48,679 nt of DNA from Gemmatimonadaceae bacterium. Its GTDB lineage: Bacteria > Gemmatimonadota > Gemmatimonadetes > Gemmatimonadales > Gemmatimonadaceae. The notes under the pieces are model-generated. The model was given only the letters and a program-made list of their open reading frames with translations. It did not search any database and was not told the DNA's origin. Positions 15,227 to 24,125 of the stretch are shown piece after piece. Where the stretch lies: assembly GCA_039924325.1 (NCBI GenBank), contig JBDTAZ010000033.1:1-48679 (forward strand). Direction: 5' to 3'. The stretch's first letter is position 1. Every line of letters begins with the position of its first letter. Both the position numbers and the translations under genes were made by a program.

Positions 15227-15490
15227 CTATGATCTCCGGCGTGTCAGTCTAATAATCGAGACCAGCGGGACGATCACTACCCCCGCGATCATTCCCACCA
15301 GCGCATAGCTACCCCAATTGCACGCCGGAATTCCCTCAATAGGCTTGCACCCCTGATAGGAACCGACGAATTTCGCGACGAGCACCATGATCATACCACC
15401 GCCAAAAAATCCTGCTATGGCGGAGAAACAGCCCGCACCGACAAGCGCACCAGCCGAAGGTCGAGTCGCTTCCGTCGGATCGTCGGCCAT
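15227..15490 (-). CDS. Small (87-aa) two-TM membrane protein wedged between E1beta and E2
   Basis: The track ORF 15227..15622 is trimmed to the ATG at 15490, which overlaps the E1beta stop as TAATG. Its TAG stop is immediately followed by the E2 ATG. Sequence: MADDPTEATRPSAGALVGAGCFSAIAGFFGGGMIMVLVAKFVGSYQGCKPIEGIPACNWGSYALVGMIAGVVIVPLVSIIRLTRRRS. Confidence 0.55.
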   Translation of the reverse strand: MADDPTEATRPSAGALVGAGCFSAIAGFFGGGMIMVLVAKFVGSYQGCKPIEGIPACNWGSYALVGMIAGVVIVPLVSIIRLTRRRS

Positions 15491-16467
15491 TAGTAAGCTA
15501 CAAGGCGTCGCAGCGCGCGCACTATATCGGACGTCTGCGGCAGCACATAGTCCTCCAGGGGTGGCGAGTACGGCAGCGGTGTATCTGCGGCCGTGACCCG
15601 CAGCACCGGCGCATCCAGCCACTCAAAGCAAGTTTCGCTGATTCGCGCGGTGATCTCCCCCGCAATGCCACCGGTCCTGGTATCCTCGTGTACTATCAAA
15701 ACCCGGTTGGTCTTCTTCACCGTGGCGACAATCGCCTCGTCATCGAGGGGAAGTAGCGTTCGCAGATCGATTACCTCCACCGATACGCCGTCTTCCGCCT
15801 GCAAGACTTCAGCTGCCTCCAGAGCCTTCCAGAGCGCAGCCGCATAGCTGATTATCGAGACATCGGTCCCCTCACGTGCAACGCGCGCCTTGCCGATCGG
15901 AACTACGTAATCACCTTCCGGCATGACATCCTTGATGCGCCGGTATAGATACTTATGCTCGAAAAAGAGAACGCAGTCGTCATCCCGAATTGCGGCCTTC
16001 ATAAGTCCCTTGGCATCGGTCGCGGTCGCTGGACTGACGATCTTCAGGCCGGGGGTGTGGAAAAAGGCGGCTTCGGGATTCTGCGAGTGAAAGGGACCAC
16101 CGCGCACGTAACCACCGCTCGGCCCGCGCACGACCATCGGGCATCCGAGTCCAATACGATAGCGTGCGGTAGCGACGTAGTTGGTAAGCATGTCGTAGGC
16201 ATTCGACACAAAGTCCATAAACTGCATCTCGGCGACCGGACGCATGCCCATGTGCGCCGCGCCGGCTGCTGCGCCGACGATCGCAACTTCGGAGATCGGC
16301 GTGTCAATCACCCGCGACGCACCGAACCGCTGCTGCAATCCTTCGGTGACCTTGAATGCTCCGCCGTACGCGCCGATATCTTCGCCGAGGCAGAAGACGT
16401 TGACGTCGCGTTCCATTTCCTCAAACAGCGCCTGCCGGATCCCTTCCAGGTACGTTACTTCAGACAT
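15490..16467 (-). CDS. 2-oxoacid dehydrogenase E1 component, beta subunit
   Basis: 325 aa. The sequence MSEVTYLEGIRQALFEEMERD..VFCLGEDIG.YGGAFKVT.GL is typical of transketolase-like E1beta. Confidence 0.9.
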   Translation of the reverse strand: MSEVTYLEGIRQALFEEMERDVNVFCLGEDIGAYGGAFKVTEGLQQRFGASRVIDTPISEVAIVGAAAGAAHMGMRPVAEMQFMDFVSNAYDMLTNYVATARYRIGLGCPMVVRGPSGGYVRGGPFHSQNPEAAFFHTPGLKIVSPATATDAKGLMKAAIRDDDCVLFFEHKYLYRRIKDVMPEGDYVVPIGKARVAREGTDVSIISYAAALWKALEAAEVLQAEDGVSVEVIDLRTLLPLDDEAIVATVKKTNRVLIVHEDTRTGGIAGEITARISETCFEWLDAPVLRVTAADTPLPYSPPLEDYVLPQTSDIVRALRRLVAY

Positions 16468-17521
16468 CGTATGTCCCCCAGCCTGAAGCGCGTTCGTTGT
16501 TGTCGACTGCGCTGTTCACGTCCTCACGAAACCACAGTGGCGGGACGCTCGGCGAATTGGCGTACACACCGCGGAGCGCTTCGGCGGGCTCCGGCATCGG
16601 TGACGCGTCGGCGATGTCGGTTGCGACATCGATTTCGGCGAGCACTCGCGCGTCGATCGCCCGCAGTTCCGCAGCTTTCACCTTCTCGTGAAGCAACACT
16701 TTTTCGAATCGATCTATTGGATCGTTCTCCGTAGCCCACCGATCTATTTCACCGGCGGGAACGTACGATTGATTGTCATGCTCGGCGTGTCCCTTGCGGC
16801 GATAGGTAATCAGCTCGATGAGCGTCACTCCATCTCCGCGACGTGCGCGGTCGACTGCGCGCTTGGTTACGTCGTACACCGCAACAACATCGTTGCCGTC
16901 TGCCTGCTCTCCCGGGATACCGTAACCGATTGCCTTGTCGACGAACGACTTCGCAGCGGTTTGCCTTGAGACAGGCGTGGAATACGCGTAACCGTTGTTT
17001 TCCACAACGACCACCAGAGGGCAACGCTGAACGGCCGCGAAATTGATTCCCTCATGGAACGCGCCCGTCGAGGTTGCTCCGTCGCCTACGAACACGAGGC
17101 CGACGCGATCCTCGCCGCGCATCTTGGCGGCGAGTGTAACACCGGCCATTACGGGAACCATGTCGCCGAGATGGGATATCTGGCCAACAAATCCACGTTC
17201 GATTCCGCCGAAATGAATATTGAGCTCCTTGCCCTTCGTCGGCGAGTCTCCCTTGGCCATGTACTGGCGAATCACTTCGGTTGGTTCAGCACCACGCACC
17301 AACATCGCGCCGAGGTTGCGGATGAGCGGCGAGAGTATGTCGCCTTTGGATTTGTCGAGCGCGTATGCAGCGCCGACGGCATCCGCTTCCTGACCCAGCG
17401 AGCGAAACAAGCCGCCGATGACCTTGGTCTGTCTGTAGAGATTTACCAGGCGCTCTTCAAGCGAGCGCGTGAGCCGCATGTAGTAATACAGCTCGAGCTT
17501 TTGCTCGCGCGTCAACCGCAT
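16460..17521 (-). CDS. 2-oxoacid dehydrogenase E1 component, alpha subunit (TPP-dependent)
   Basis: 353 aa with YYYMRLTRSLEERL, and a TPP motif region GDGATSTGAFHEGINFAA...VVVENNGYA. Confidence 0.9.
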   Translation of the reverse strand: MRLTREQKLELYYYMRLTRSLEERLVNLYRQTKVIGGLFRSLGQEADAVGAAYALDKSKGDILSPLIRNLGAMLVRGAEPTEVIRQYMAKGDSPTKGKELNIHFGGIERGFVGQISHLGDMVPVMAGVTLAAKMRGEDRVGLVFVGDGATSTGAFHEGINFAAVQRCPLVVVVENNGYAYSTPVSRQTAAKSFVDKAIGYGIPGEQADGNDVVAVYDVTKRAVDRARRGDGVTLIELITYRRKGHAEHDNQSYVPAGEIDRWATENDPIDRFEKVLLHEKVKAAELRAIDARVLAEIDVATDIADASPMPEPAEALRGVYANSPSVPPLWFREDVNSAVDNNERASGWGTYDV

Positions 17522-17531
17522 TGCGTGCTCC

Positions 17532-17825
17532 CTAGTAGGAAGCCGTCAGCTGATACTCCGGATCTTCCGCCCGGTGCAGCTCGACGTAAAACTTCTTCGC
17601 ATTCCGATCGAGTCGACTCTCACCCGTCTGATCAGTATCAATCTCAACGAAGGTGTAATGGCCACCTTCCATCTTCACACTGAGCTTGAGCAGGCCGAGT
17701 GGGCCGGAGAAGGTGCGCGACCGTCGCGCTGATGCCGTCGAATTCTGCAGGATCGTCGGAAAGAAACTGTCTGCAATAGCCAGGACCTGATCCGGCTTGA
17801 GGTGTGATCTATAGAAATGGCGCAT
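17532..17825 (-). CDS. Hypothetical protein (97 aa)
   Basis: ORF 10 nt upstream of E1alpha on the same strand. No recognisable motif. Confidence 0.45.
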   Translation of the reverse strand: MRHFYRSHLKPDQVLAIADSFFPTILQNSTASARRSRTFSGPLGLLKLSVKMEGGHYTFVEIDTDQTGESRLDRNAKKFYVELHRAEDPEYQLTASY

Positions 17826-17827
17826 TG

Positions 17828-18283
17828 TTAGCGTTTATTCGTATCTGTGCTCTGGCCGAGCGGAGGAGCGGGAAGTATCTCCTGCTGCCAATCCTGGGTG
17901 CGCTCCAGCTTGCTCGTGGAGTCGCGTCGGAACTGCAGTCCGATAGCCCAATCACCGGCGACTGGAAATCGGATGTGCGCGTAATAAGTGCCGACCTCGG
18001 GACCCTCGGCGAGACCGTCTCCAGTCTGGGCGTGGTCCTGGCTGGTCGCAAAGATGCGCCCCGCTCCGTGTTGAATCGGCTGACCCGAGGCCTTGTCCAG
18101 CACAACAACCTTTATCACCGTCATCTCCTCCGCGACTGGCGGAGCGGGAACGGCGCTGATGCGAAAGGCAATGTCGTCGGTGTACTGCCTTATCTCTGGC
18201 GGGCGGTTATTACCGCCGCACGCAAACAGGGATGCCGCAGCAACGGCGATCACGCTCCCCCGCATCAGCGTCGCCAACGTCAT
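17828..18283 (-). CDS. Lipoprotein, possibly YtkA/FixH-like Ig-fold
   Basis: 151 aa with lipobox-like AAASLFAC-GG. The later GTYYAHIRFPVAGDWAIGLQF resembles YtkA-type domains. 4-nt overlap with the ino1 stop. Confidence 0.55.
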   Translation of the reverse strand: MTLATLMRGSVIAVAAASLFACGGNNRPPEIRQYTDDIAFRISAVPAPPVAEEMTVIKVVVLDKASGQPIQHGAGRIFATSQDHAQTGDGLAEGPEVGTYYAHIRFPVAGDWAIGLQFRRDSTSKLERTQDWQQEILPAPPLGQSTDTNKR

Positions 18284-19605
18284 GAAGCGTAGTACTCGAG
18301 TCCGAGGTGCGTGATCTGATCCTCTCCCATCAGATGACGGAGAGTGTTCTTCATCTTCGTCTGCTGAATGAAGAGATCATGCTCAGGCTGTAGGCCCGGG
18401 GCGGTCATGGGGCTCTTGTAGAAGAACGACAACCATTCCTGGATACCCTTCATCCCAGCGCGCTGCGCGAAGTCGCTGAACAGAGCAACATCGAGAACGA
18501 GCGGCGCAGCAAGAATCGAGTCACGACAGAGGAAGTTGATCTTGATCTGCATCGGGTAATTCATCCACCCGAAGATGTCGATGTTGTCCCAGCCTTCCTT
18601 GTTGTCCCCACGCGGTGGGTAGTAGTTGATTCGAACTACGTGCGAGAAATCCTTGTACAGATCGGGATACTTCTCGGGTTGCAAAATCGTGTGCAAGACG
18701 GAAAGCTTGGACTCTTCCTTGGTCTTGAACGACTGAGGATCGTCGAGTACTTCGCCGTCGCGATTGCCGAGAATGTTCGTTGAGTACCACCCAGCGAGAC
18801 CGAGCATGCGAGCCTTAAGCCCTGGCGCGATGACGGTCTTCATCCATGTCTGACCCGTCTTGAAGTCCTTGCCCGAAAGCGGGACGCCGTGCTGCTGAGC
18901 AAGCTGCAGGAGTGCGGGAATATCGGACGACAGATTCGGTGCGCCGTTCGCGAACGCCACGTTCTCCATGATCGCGGCGTACGCATACAGCATCGACGGA
19001 GCGATCGCCTCGTCGTTGTTGTCCATTGCACGCTCGAACTGCTCGATGGTTGCGTGCTGCGGGCCAGCCTTGATGAAGATTTCAGTCGATGCGCACCACA
19101 CTATAACAACGCGATCGAGCTTGTTCTTCGCTTTGAAATCACGAATATCCTGACGAAGCTGCTCTGCGAGGTCTCGCTTCGTCTTGCCGGTCTTGACGTT
19201 CGTACCGTGGATACGCGTTACGTAATGGTTGTCGAACACTGCGGGCATCGGCTTGATCGATGCAAGGAAGTCGGCGATAGGGGCGACGTCCTTCTCTTCA
19301 AGAACTCCAGCCTTGCGGACCGCCGTCAGCGCGTCGTCCGGGATAGGATCCCACGCACCAAACACGATGTCTTCGAGCTTGGCCAGGGGAACGAAATCCT
19401 TGATCAGCGGGGCGCGGTTTTCCGTTCGCTTGCCGAGCCGAATGGTCGCGGTCTGAGTAATCGATCCGATCGGTTTTGCCAGCCCTCGACGGATGCTCTC
19501 GACGCCAGCGATGAACGTCGTCGCCACGGCACCAAGGCCAGGCGTGAGGATGCCGAGCTTACCAGAAGCCGGCGCAATTTGGGGTGGAACGGAGCTGTTA
19601 GACAT
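18280..19605 (-). CDS. ino1: myo-Inositol-1-phosphate synthase (inositol-3-phosphate synthase)
   Basis: 441 aa. Motifs seen: GILTPGLGAVATTFIAG, VIVWCASTE, ANGAPNL, SGKDFKTGQTWMKTV. Size and motifs fit the archaeal/bacterial MIPS type. Confidence 0.8.
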   Translation of the reverse strand: MSNSSVPPQIAPASGKLGILTPGLGAVATTFIAGVESIRRGLAKPIGSITQTATIRLGKRTENRAPLIKDFVPLAKLEDIVFGAWDPIPDDALTAVRKAGVLEEKDVAPIADFLASIKPMPAVFDNHYVTRIHGTNVKTGKTKRDLAEQLRQDIRDFKAKNKLDRVVIVWCASTEIFIKAGPQHATIEQFERAMDNNDEAIAPSMLYAYAAIMENVAFANGAPNLSSDIPALLQLAQQHGVPLSGKDFKTGQTWMKTVIAPGLKARMLGLAGWYSTNILGNRDGEVLDDPQSFKTKEESKLSVLHTILQPEKYPDLYKDFSHVVRINYYPPRGDNKEGWDNIDIFGWMNYPMQIKINFLCRDSILAAPLVLDVALFSDFAQRAGMKGIQEWLSFFYKSPMTAPGLQPEHDLFIQQTKMKNTLRHLMGEDQITHLGLEYYAS

Positions 19606-20230
19606 TCACCAGTGGTTTCTTGGATGTTGCGCGATAGACGAAGCTGATGCGCTGGACAGCGGTGATCCACGCCGTAACCGTCAACAGGACGATGATCCCC
19701 ATTAAGACCCAGCCATGCAGTGTCAGGCCGAAAAAAGCCTGTGGTACGGATAATAACACTACTCGCTCCGGACGCTGCATCACGCCGACCTTTGCATCTA
19801 TTCCCAGACCCGCGGCACGGGCACGAGTGTACGAAACAAGGAAGGTGCCGATTATGCCGAACAGGCAGACCACAACCATGTAGACGTTGTGGTAGATCGC
19901 AGAAGAGGCGTAGAAAACAGCCAGGCCCGCGAGGACCCCTCCGTCCGCGACCCGATCCAGCGTGGAGTCGTAAAATGCACCGAAGACGCTGGACTGACCT
20001 GTCCGTCGCGCCACCGTCCCGTCGAGCACATCGAACAATGCGGTGAGGGCGATGATCCAGCCGGCCGTCATGATGTGCCCCGTGGCGTAGACAACAGCCC
20101 CGGTCAGCGTACATAGCGTCCCAACCGTGGTGATAACGTTCGGATTGACCCGCCGCCTGACCAAAAAGTCAGCGACGGGCTCAATGACCCGAATGTATCC
20201 AGCTTTTATTCCGTCCCAGAGCGCCTTCAT
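19598..20230 (-). CDS. CDP-alcohol phosphatidyltransferase (candidate phosphatidylinositol-phosphate synthase)
   Basis: 210 aa, multi-TM, with the signature D-G-x2-A-R-x8-G-x3-D-x3-D as DVLDGTVARRTGQSSVFGAFYDSTLDRVAD. 8-nt overlap with the ino1 start. Confidence 0.8.
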   Translation of the reverse strand: MKALWDGIKAGYIRVIEPVADFLVRRRVNPNVITTVGTLCTLTGAVVYATGHIMTAGWIIALTALFDVLDGTVARRTGQSSVFGAFYDSTLDRVADGGVLAGLAVFYASSAIYHNVYMVVVCLFGIIGTFLVSYTRARAAGLGIDAKVGVMQRPERVVLLSVPQAFFGLTLHGWVLMGIIVLLTVTAWITAVQRISFVYRATSKKPLVNV

Positions 20231-20289
20231 CGGCGTTGAAGCTAGCCCGTGCGGCGCTCTCGGGCTAGGTGTTTCTACTGTGATATCGG

Positions 20290-20622
20290 CTACGGGATCT
20301 GCCAGACGTAAAGGCCCGTCAGTGTGACGTTATTGCGAGTATACGACCGCGAGCCATCGATTGGGGTCGCCTTCAGGCCGACTGTAGCACCCGCCGCGAC
20401 GCCCGGCACGTTCATCGATTCGGTGTCGTTGGCTGGGATCTGCTTGAGAAATACGTCGTTCCCACCGTTCACCACGTACACGTTGGCGGCCTGGGTGAGA
20501 TTGTTCGTCACCTTCAGCGTCACCTCGCTCACGGGCTGTGGACCGGTCTTGACTTCAACCTGTCTCGGCCCGCATGCCGTCGCGGCAACAGCAAGTCCCA
20601 TTAGCGCTATCAGTTTTTTCAT
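20290..20622 (-). CDS. Small lipoprotein (110 aa)
   Basis: Track ORF trimmed to ATG 20622, which has GGGAG 7 nt upstream. Signal/lipobox is MKKLIALMGLAVAATAC. Confidence 0.6.
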   Translation of the reverse strand: MKKLIALMGLAVAATACGPRQVEVKTGPQPVSEVTLKVTNNLTQAANVYVVNGGNDVFLKQIPANDTESMNVPGVAAGATVGLKATPIDGSRSYTRNNVTLTGLYVWQIP

Positions 20623-20670
20623 CGATACTCCCGAAAGATTGGTGGGCTCCTGGCGGTCCGCTCGCAACAC

Positions 20671-22029
20671 CTAGTAGAGCAGATATCTGGCCACGCTCTT
20701 ACGAAAGGCATACGCGGGTCCATACAAGGAGTCGACAACCGCATCCGGGTCTTCCCCGCCCATGATCGCGCGCCGGGCGTCGGGCGAACCGAACAGTCGA
20801 TCGAAACGGGTGCTGTCTACAGTGAATTCCGTGGGATACAGCTTGTGGATCGCTGACAGCAGACCCGCGGTGAGTCGGCTTGTCTGCAGTTCACTTCTCT
20901 GCGTGACTTCGATCCCCAGGCCGTGGACAAGCTGTCCCGAATACTTGCCGTCACCCGGTGCATTTGGGGTGAAGTCGAGCGGCGTGAAGCGGACTCCGCT
21001 AATTCTGTGGTCCTTGAGAATCTCGAGCACTTTCCTGGAATCCATCCACGGTGCCCCGATCCGCTGAAATGCGCTTGCCGTCCCGCGGCCAACCGACAGA
21101 TTCGTCCCCTCGAACGCGACGAGGCCGGGATAAAGCATCACGGCGTCGAACGATTGAAGGTTCGGTGACGGTGCCACGAACGGAAGGTGTGTCCGGTCAA
21201 ACCAGACTTCCCGCGTCCAGCGGTCTGCCGGAACGACGTGAAGATCGGCTCCGATCTTGAGCTTGTCGTTATAAAAGCGAGCGAGCTCAGCCATCGTCAT
21301 GCCATGACGGAGCGGGATTGGGTAGAGCGCGAACGCGAGACCAGGATGCCCTGGCGCGGGGTCATCTGCATTCGAGAGCGCGGAGTCCAGAACGGGGCCT
21401 TCGACGAGCGCGCCCGTCAGCGGGTTGGGTCGATCGAGAACAATAATTGGCTTGTGAGCGCGCGCCGCGGCACGCATCGCGTACACCATCGCCCCTTCGT
21501 ACGTCCATGTTCGGGATCCGACGTCCTGCAGATCCACGACCAGCACGTCAATCGCTCGCAAGGAGGAATCGGGAGGCGGCTCTGTTTGCGATCCGTACAG
21601 GGATATTACCGGGAGACCGCTCTTCTGATCGGTCGATGATCCGATGCCCGTCCTGTCGAGCGACGCGCCGAGTCCGTGCTCCGGGGAGAAGAGTAACACC
21701 AGCTTGACGCCGGACTTCGTCGCTCGCCGGTCATGCTGCAGCAGATCCACATCGCGGTGGCCGTTCTCATCCACGCTCGCGTTGTTGCTGAGAAGAGCCA
21801 GCCGCTTGCCCTGGATCAGGTCGATGCTGTCGCGTAGTAATACGGTGATACCCGGTCGGACCTCGGCTTCCGGAAGTCCCGTTGGATCGTCTACACGGTG
21901 ATAGACGACGGAACATCCCGCGGTAAGGGCCAGCAGCACGAGCAGCGGTTTGGAAAGCAATTGTGGCATGACCTGGGATCCGATAGTTGTGGACGTGGTA
22001 TAATCGCCAAGGACGCGAAGTCCTGCCAT
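20671..22029 (-). CDS. DUF1343 family protein (exo-beta-N-acetylmuramidase NamZ / YbbC-like)
   Basis: Motifs: GKRLALLSNNASV, LFSPEHG, GLPVISLYG, DVLVVDLQDVGSRTWTY, VLDRPNPL, PSPNL, EGTNLSVGRGT. The start is chosen at ATG 22029 (GGGAG 7-8 nt upstream). An alternative is ATG 21969 (MPQLLSKPLLVLLALTAGC). The ORF-track start at 22167 is unlikely. Confidence 0.75.
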   Translation of the reverse strand: MAGLRVLGDYTTSTTIGSQVMPQLLSKPLLVLLALTAGCSVVYHRVDDPTGLPEAEVRPGITVLLRDSIDLIQGKRLALLSNNASVDENGHRDVDLLQHDRRATKSGVKLVLLFSPEHGLGASLDRTGIGSSTDQKSGLPVISLYGSQTEPPPDSSLRAIDVLVVDLQDVGSRTWTYEGAMVYAMRAAARAHKPIIVLDRPNPLTGALVEGPVLDSALSNADDPAPGHPGLAFALYPIPLRHGMTMAELARFYNDKLKIGADLHVVPADRWTREVWFDRTHLPFVAPSPNLQSFDAVMLYPGLVAFEGTNLSVGRGTASAFQRIGAPWMDSRKVLEILKDHRISGVRFTPLDFTPNAPGDGKYSGQLVHGLGIEVTQRSELQTSRLTAGLLSAIHKLYPTEFTVDSTRFDRLFGSPDARRAIMGGEDPDAVVDSLYGPAYAFRKSVARYLLY

Positions 22030-22213
22030 GTTCTTCTCCCTGAATTCATCGCGTCTTACCGCTTTTTTACACCCGGGGTCCCCGGAGACAGCACGTCGCG
22101 CCTGCCGGGCCTGATCCCAGCGCGCTGAGCCGCGCAGGATTTGGGCCGCGCGAGAGGTCCAGCTCAAGGCTGGAAGCCAGGCAATTTCGCTTATATTTCA
22201 GCTTCACAAAGGA

Positions 22214-22579
22214 GTGACCCAAATGGCCGTATCCAGCCAACCAGAGATCAATCTCACCCTCACGCCGGCAGCCGGGGTCGAGATCCAGAAATTCATGGAA
22301 ATCGAGAAGGTCGCGCCTGCGGACGGCGGGCTTCGTGTCAGCATTCAGCCGGGCGGTTGCAGCGGGTTCAAGTACTCGCTCCTGATCGAAGACAAACCTG
22401 CCGAGGACGACCTCATAATCATGCAGGAAGGTTATCGCGTATTCGTCGACCCGTTTTCGGCCCAGTACGTGAATAACGTGACGATCGATTACGTGACGTC
22501 GATGCAGGGCTCAGGATTCACCTTCAAGAACCCGAACGCGACGGGCGGCTGCGGCTGCGGCTCATCCTTCTCGGCTTAG
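22214..22579 (+). CDS. A-type iron-sulfur cluster carrier (HesB/IscA/ErpA family)
   Basis: 121 aa with GGCSGFKYSL and C-terminal GCGCGSSF. AAGGAG SD upstream. Confidence 0.9.
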   Translation: MTQMAVSSQPEINLTLTPAAGVEIQKFMEIEKVAPADGGLRVSIQPGGCSGFKYSLLIEDKPAEDDLIIMQEGYRVFVDPFSAQYVNNVTIDYVTSMQGSGFTFKNPNATGGCGCGSSFSA

Positions 22580-22610
22580 TCCAGACTTTGAGTTACACCG
22601 AGGGCGGTGA

Positions 22611-24125
22611 ATGAGAAACTCGTTCACCGCCCTCGATCTTATCGTACTCGTTGCGTATCTCGCGGGCACGACTCTCCTCGGCGTCTATCTCGGGCGCAAT
22701 CAGAAAAATGCGCGCGACTATTTTGTCGCGAATCACACGATTCCGTGGTGGGCGGTGTTGTTCTCGATCGTCGCGACGGAGACGAGCGCGCTCACAGTCA
22801 TATCGATTCCCGGGCTCGCATACATTGGCGACCTTGGGTTTCTTCAGATCGCAGCCGGTTACATAATCGGACGCATTGTTGTCGCATACACGCTGCTTCC
22901 CCGCTACTATGGCGGCAACCTTGTAACTGCTTATGCGCTGCTCGAGCAGCGCTTTGGCGTTGCGACGCGGCGTTTCGCGTCCGTGGTTTTCATGTTCACG
23001 CGCGCGTTCGCGGACTCGGTTCGCGTATTCGCCACCGCGATCCCGATAGCACTGATCCTCTCGCCGGTGCTCCCCGTGTCAGTTGTAATGCCGGCGGCAA
23101 TCCTGGTGCTTGGCGCGCTCACGCTGATTTACACGTACTTTGGCGGAGTCCGCGCAGTAGTGTGGACAGATGTAATTCAAACCGCCGTGTATTTGATCGG
23201 TGCGGCAGTCGCCGTCGTTATCATCGGGCGCGGAGTTATCGGCGGCTGGCCGACGATACTTCATTCTGCCGCCGCCGCCGGAAAGTTGCGAGTCATTGAT
23301 CTTTACACTGGTTTTGACAGGCCACAGACCATTTTCGCGGGCTTGCTCGGCGGTGCATTCCTCTCGATGGCGTCGCACGGAGCCGACCAGGTAATCGTGC
23401 AGCGACTGATGACGGCGTCGTCGCTCCGGGATGCGCGCCGCGCGCTGATCGGGAGTGGTTTCGCGGTGTTCTTTCAGTTCGCGCTATTTCTGTTGATAGG
23501 CGCAGGACTCTGGGCGTTTTTTGGCGCACAGACCTTTGATTCGCCGGACAAGATATTTCCGACGTTTATTGTCACCGCGATGCCGACGGGGTTGATGGGG
23601 TTGCTTGTCGCCGCGATTCTCGCAGCTACCATGAGCGCGCACTCCGGCGCGATCAACTCACTTGCGGCGGCGACGATTCACGACATTTACCTGCCGATCA
23701 CCAAACGTGACCCCAACGACGCGCGCACCCTCCGCGTCTCCAAGTTTGCGAGTCTTGCGTGGGGCGTCGTACTGCTCATCATTGCCCTGCTCTACCGCGA
23801 GCAGGGTACTCCGGTCGTCATCGTCGCGCTTGCGATCGCTTCCTTCACATACGGCGCTCTCCTCGGCGGTTTTGCGCTGGGCATCATCTGGCCGCGCGCC
23901 CGTCAGCGTGACGCCATCACGGGAATGGGTGTAGGCATTCTGGTCATGAGTGTCATAGTTTTCGCCAAGCAACTTTCCGCGTGGTGGCCGGCACTCGCGC
24001 CCGTTGGGAAGATTGCGTGGCCGTGGTACGTTCTAATTGGCACAACTGTTACAGTCAGTGTCGGGGTATTCACATCGCTCTTCCCTCATGGAAGCGCACG
24101 GATAAGGGTTGACAACGCACAATGA
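22611..24125 (+). CDS. Sodium:solute symporter (SSS) family transporter
   Basis: 504 aa, about 13 TMs. The N-terminus LDLIVLVAYLAGTTLLGVYLGR...ARDYFVANHTIPWWAV.FSIVATETSALT is typical of the SSS family. Confidence 0.85.
   Translation: MRNSFTALDLIVLVAYLAGTTLLGVYLGRNQKNARDYFVANHTIPWWAVLFSIVATETSALTVISIPGLAYIGDLGFLQIAAGYIIGRIVVAYTLLPRYYGGNLVTAYALLEQRFGVATRRFASVVFMFTRAFADSVRVFATAIPIALILSPVLPVSVVMPAAILVLGALTLIYTYFGGVRAVVWTDVIQTAVYLIGAAVAVVIIGRGVIGGWPTILHSAAAAGKLRVIDLYTGFDRPQTIFAGLLGGAFLSMASHGADQVIVQRLMTASSLRDARRALIGSGFAVFFQFALFLLIGAGLWAFFGAQTFDSPDKIFPTFIVTAMPTGLMGLLVAAILAATMSAHSGAINSLAAATIHDIYLPITKRDPNDARTLRVSKFASLAWGVVLLIIALLYREQGTPVVIVALAIASFTYGALLGGFALGIIWPRARQRDAITGMGVGILVMSVIVFAKQLSAWWPALAPVGKIAWPWYVLIGTTVTVSVGVFTSLFPHGSARIRVDNAQ

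Noticed and set aside
15227-15622. The 131-aa ORF as drawn in the track, overlapping 130 nt of the E1beta gene.
   Set aside because: The N-terminal 44 residues overlap the E1beta coding frame and are Ala/Gly/Arg shadow-like. The internal ATG at 15490 gives a clean TAATG coupling and a coherent two-TM protein.
20231-20289. The hairpin CTAGCCCG-N11-CGGGCTAG between the lipoprotein gene and the CDP-alcohol transferase gene.
   Set aside because: It has an 8-bp stem, an 11-nt loop and no T-tract, inside a co-directional gene array. It could be a weak attenuator but is not distinguishable from chance.
20671-22167. The N-terminal 46-66 residues of the DUF1343 ORF (MSWTSRAAQILRGSARWDQ...).
   Set aside because: This extension is Arg-rich and non-signal-like and runs into the divergent promoter region. 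Internal ATGs at 22029 (good SD) or 21969 give a normal signal/lipobox.
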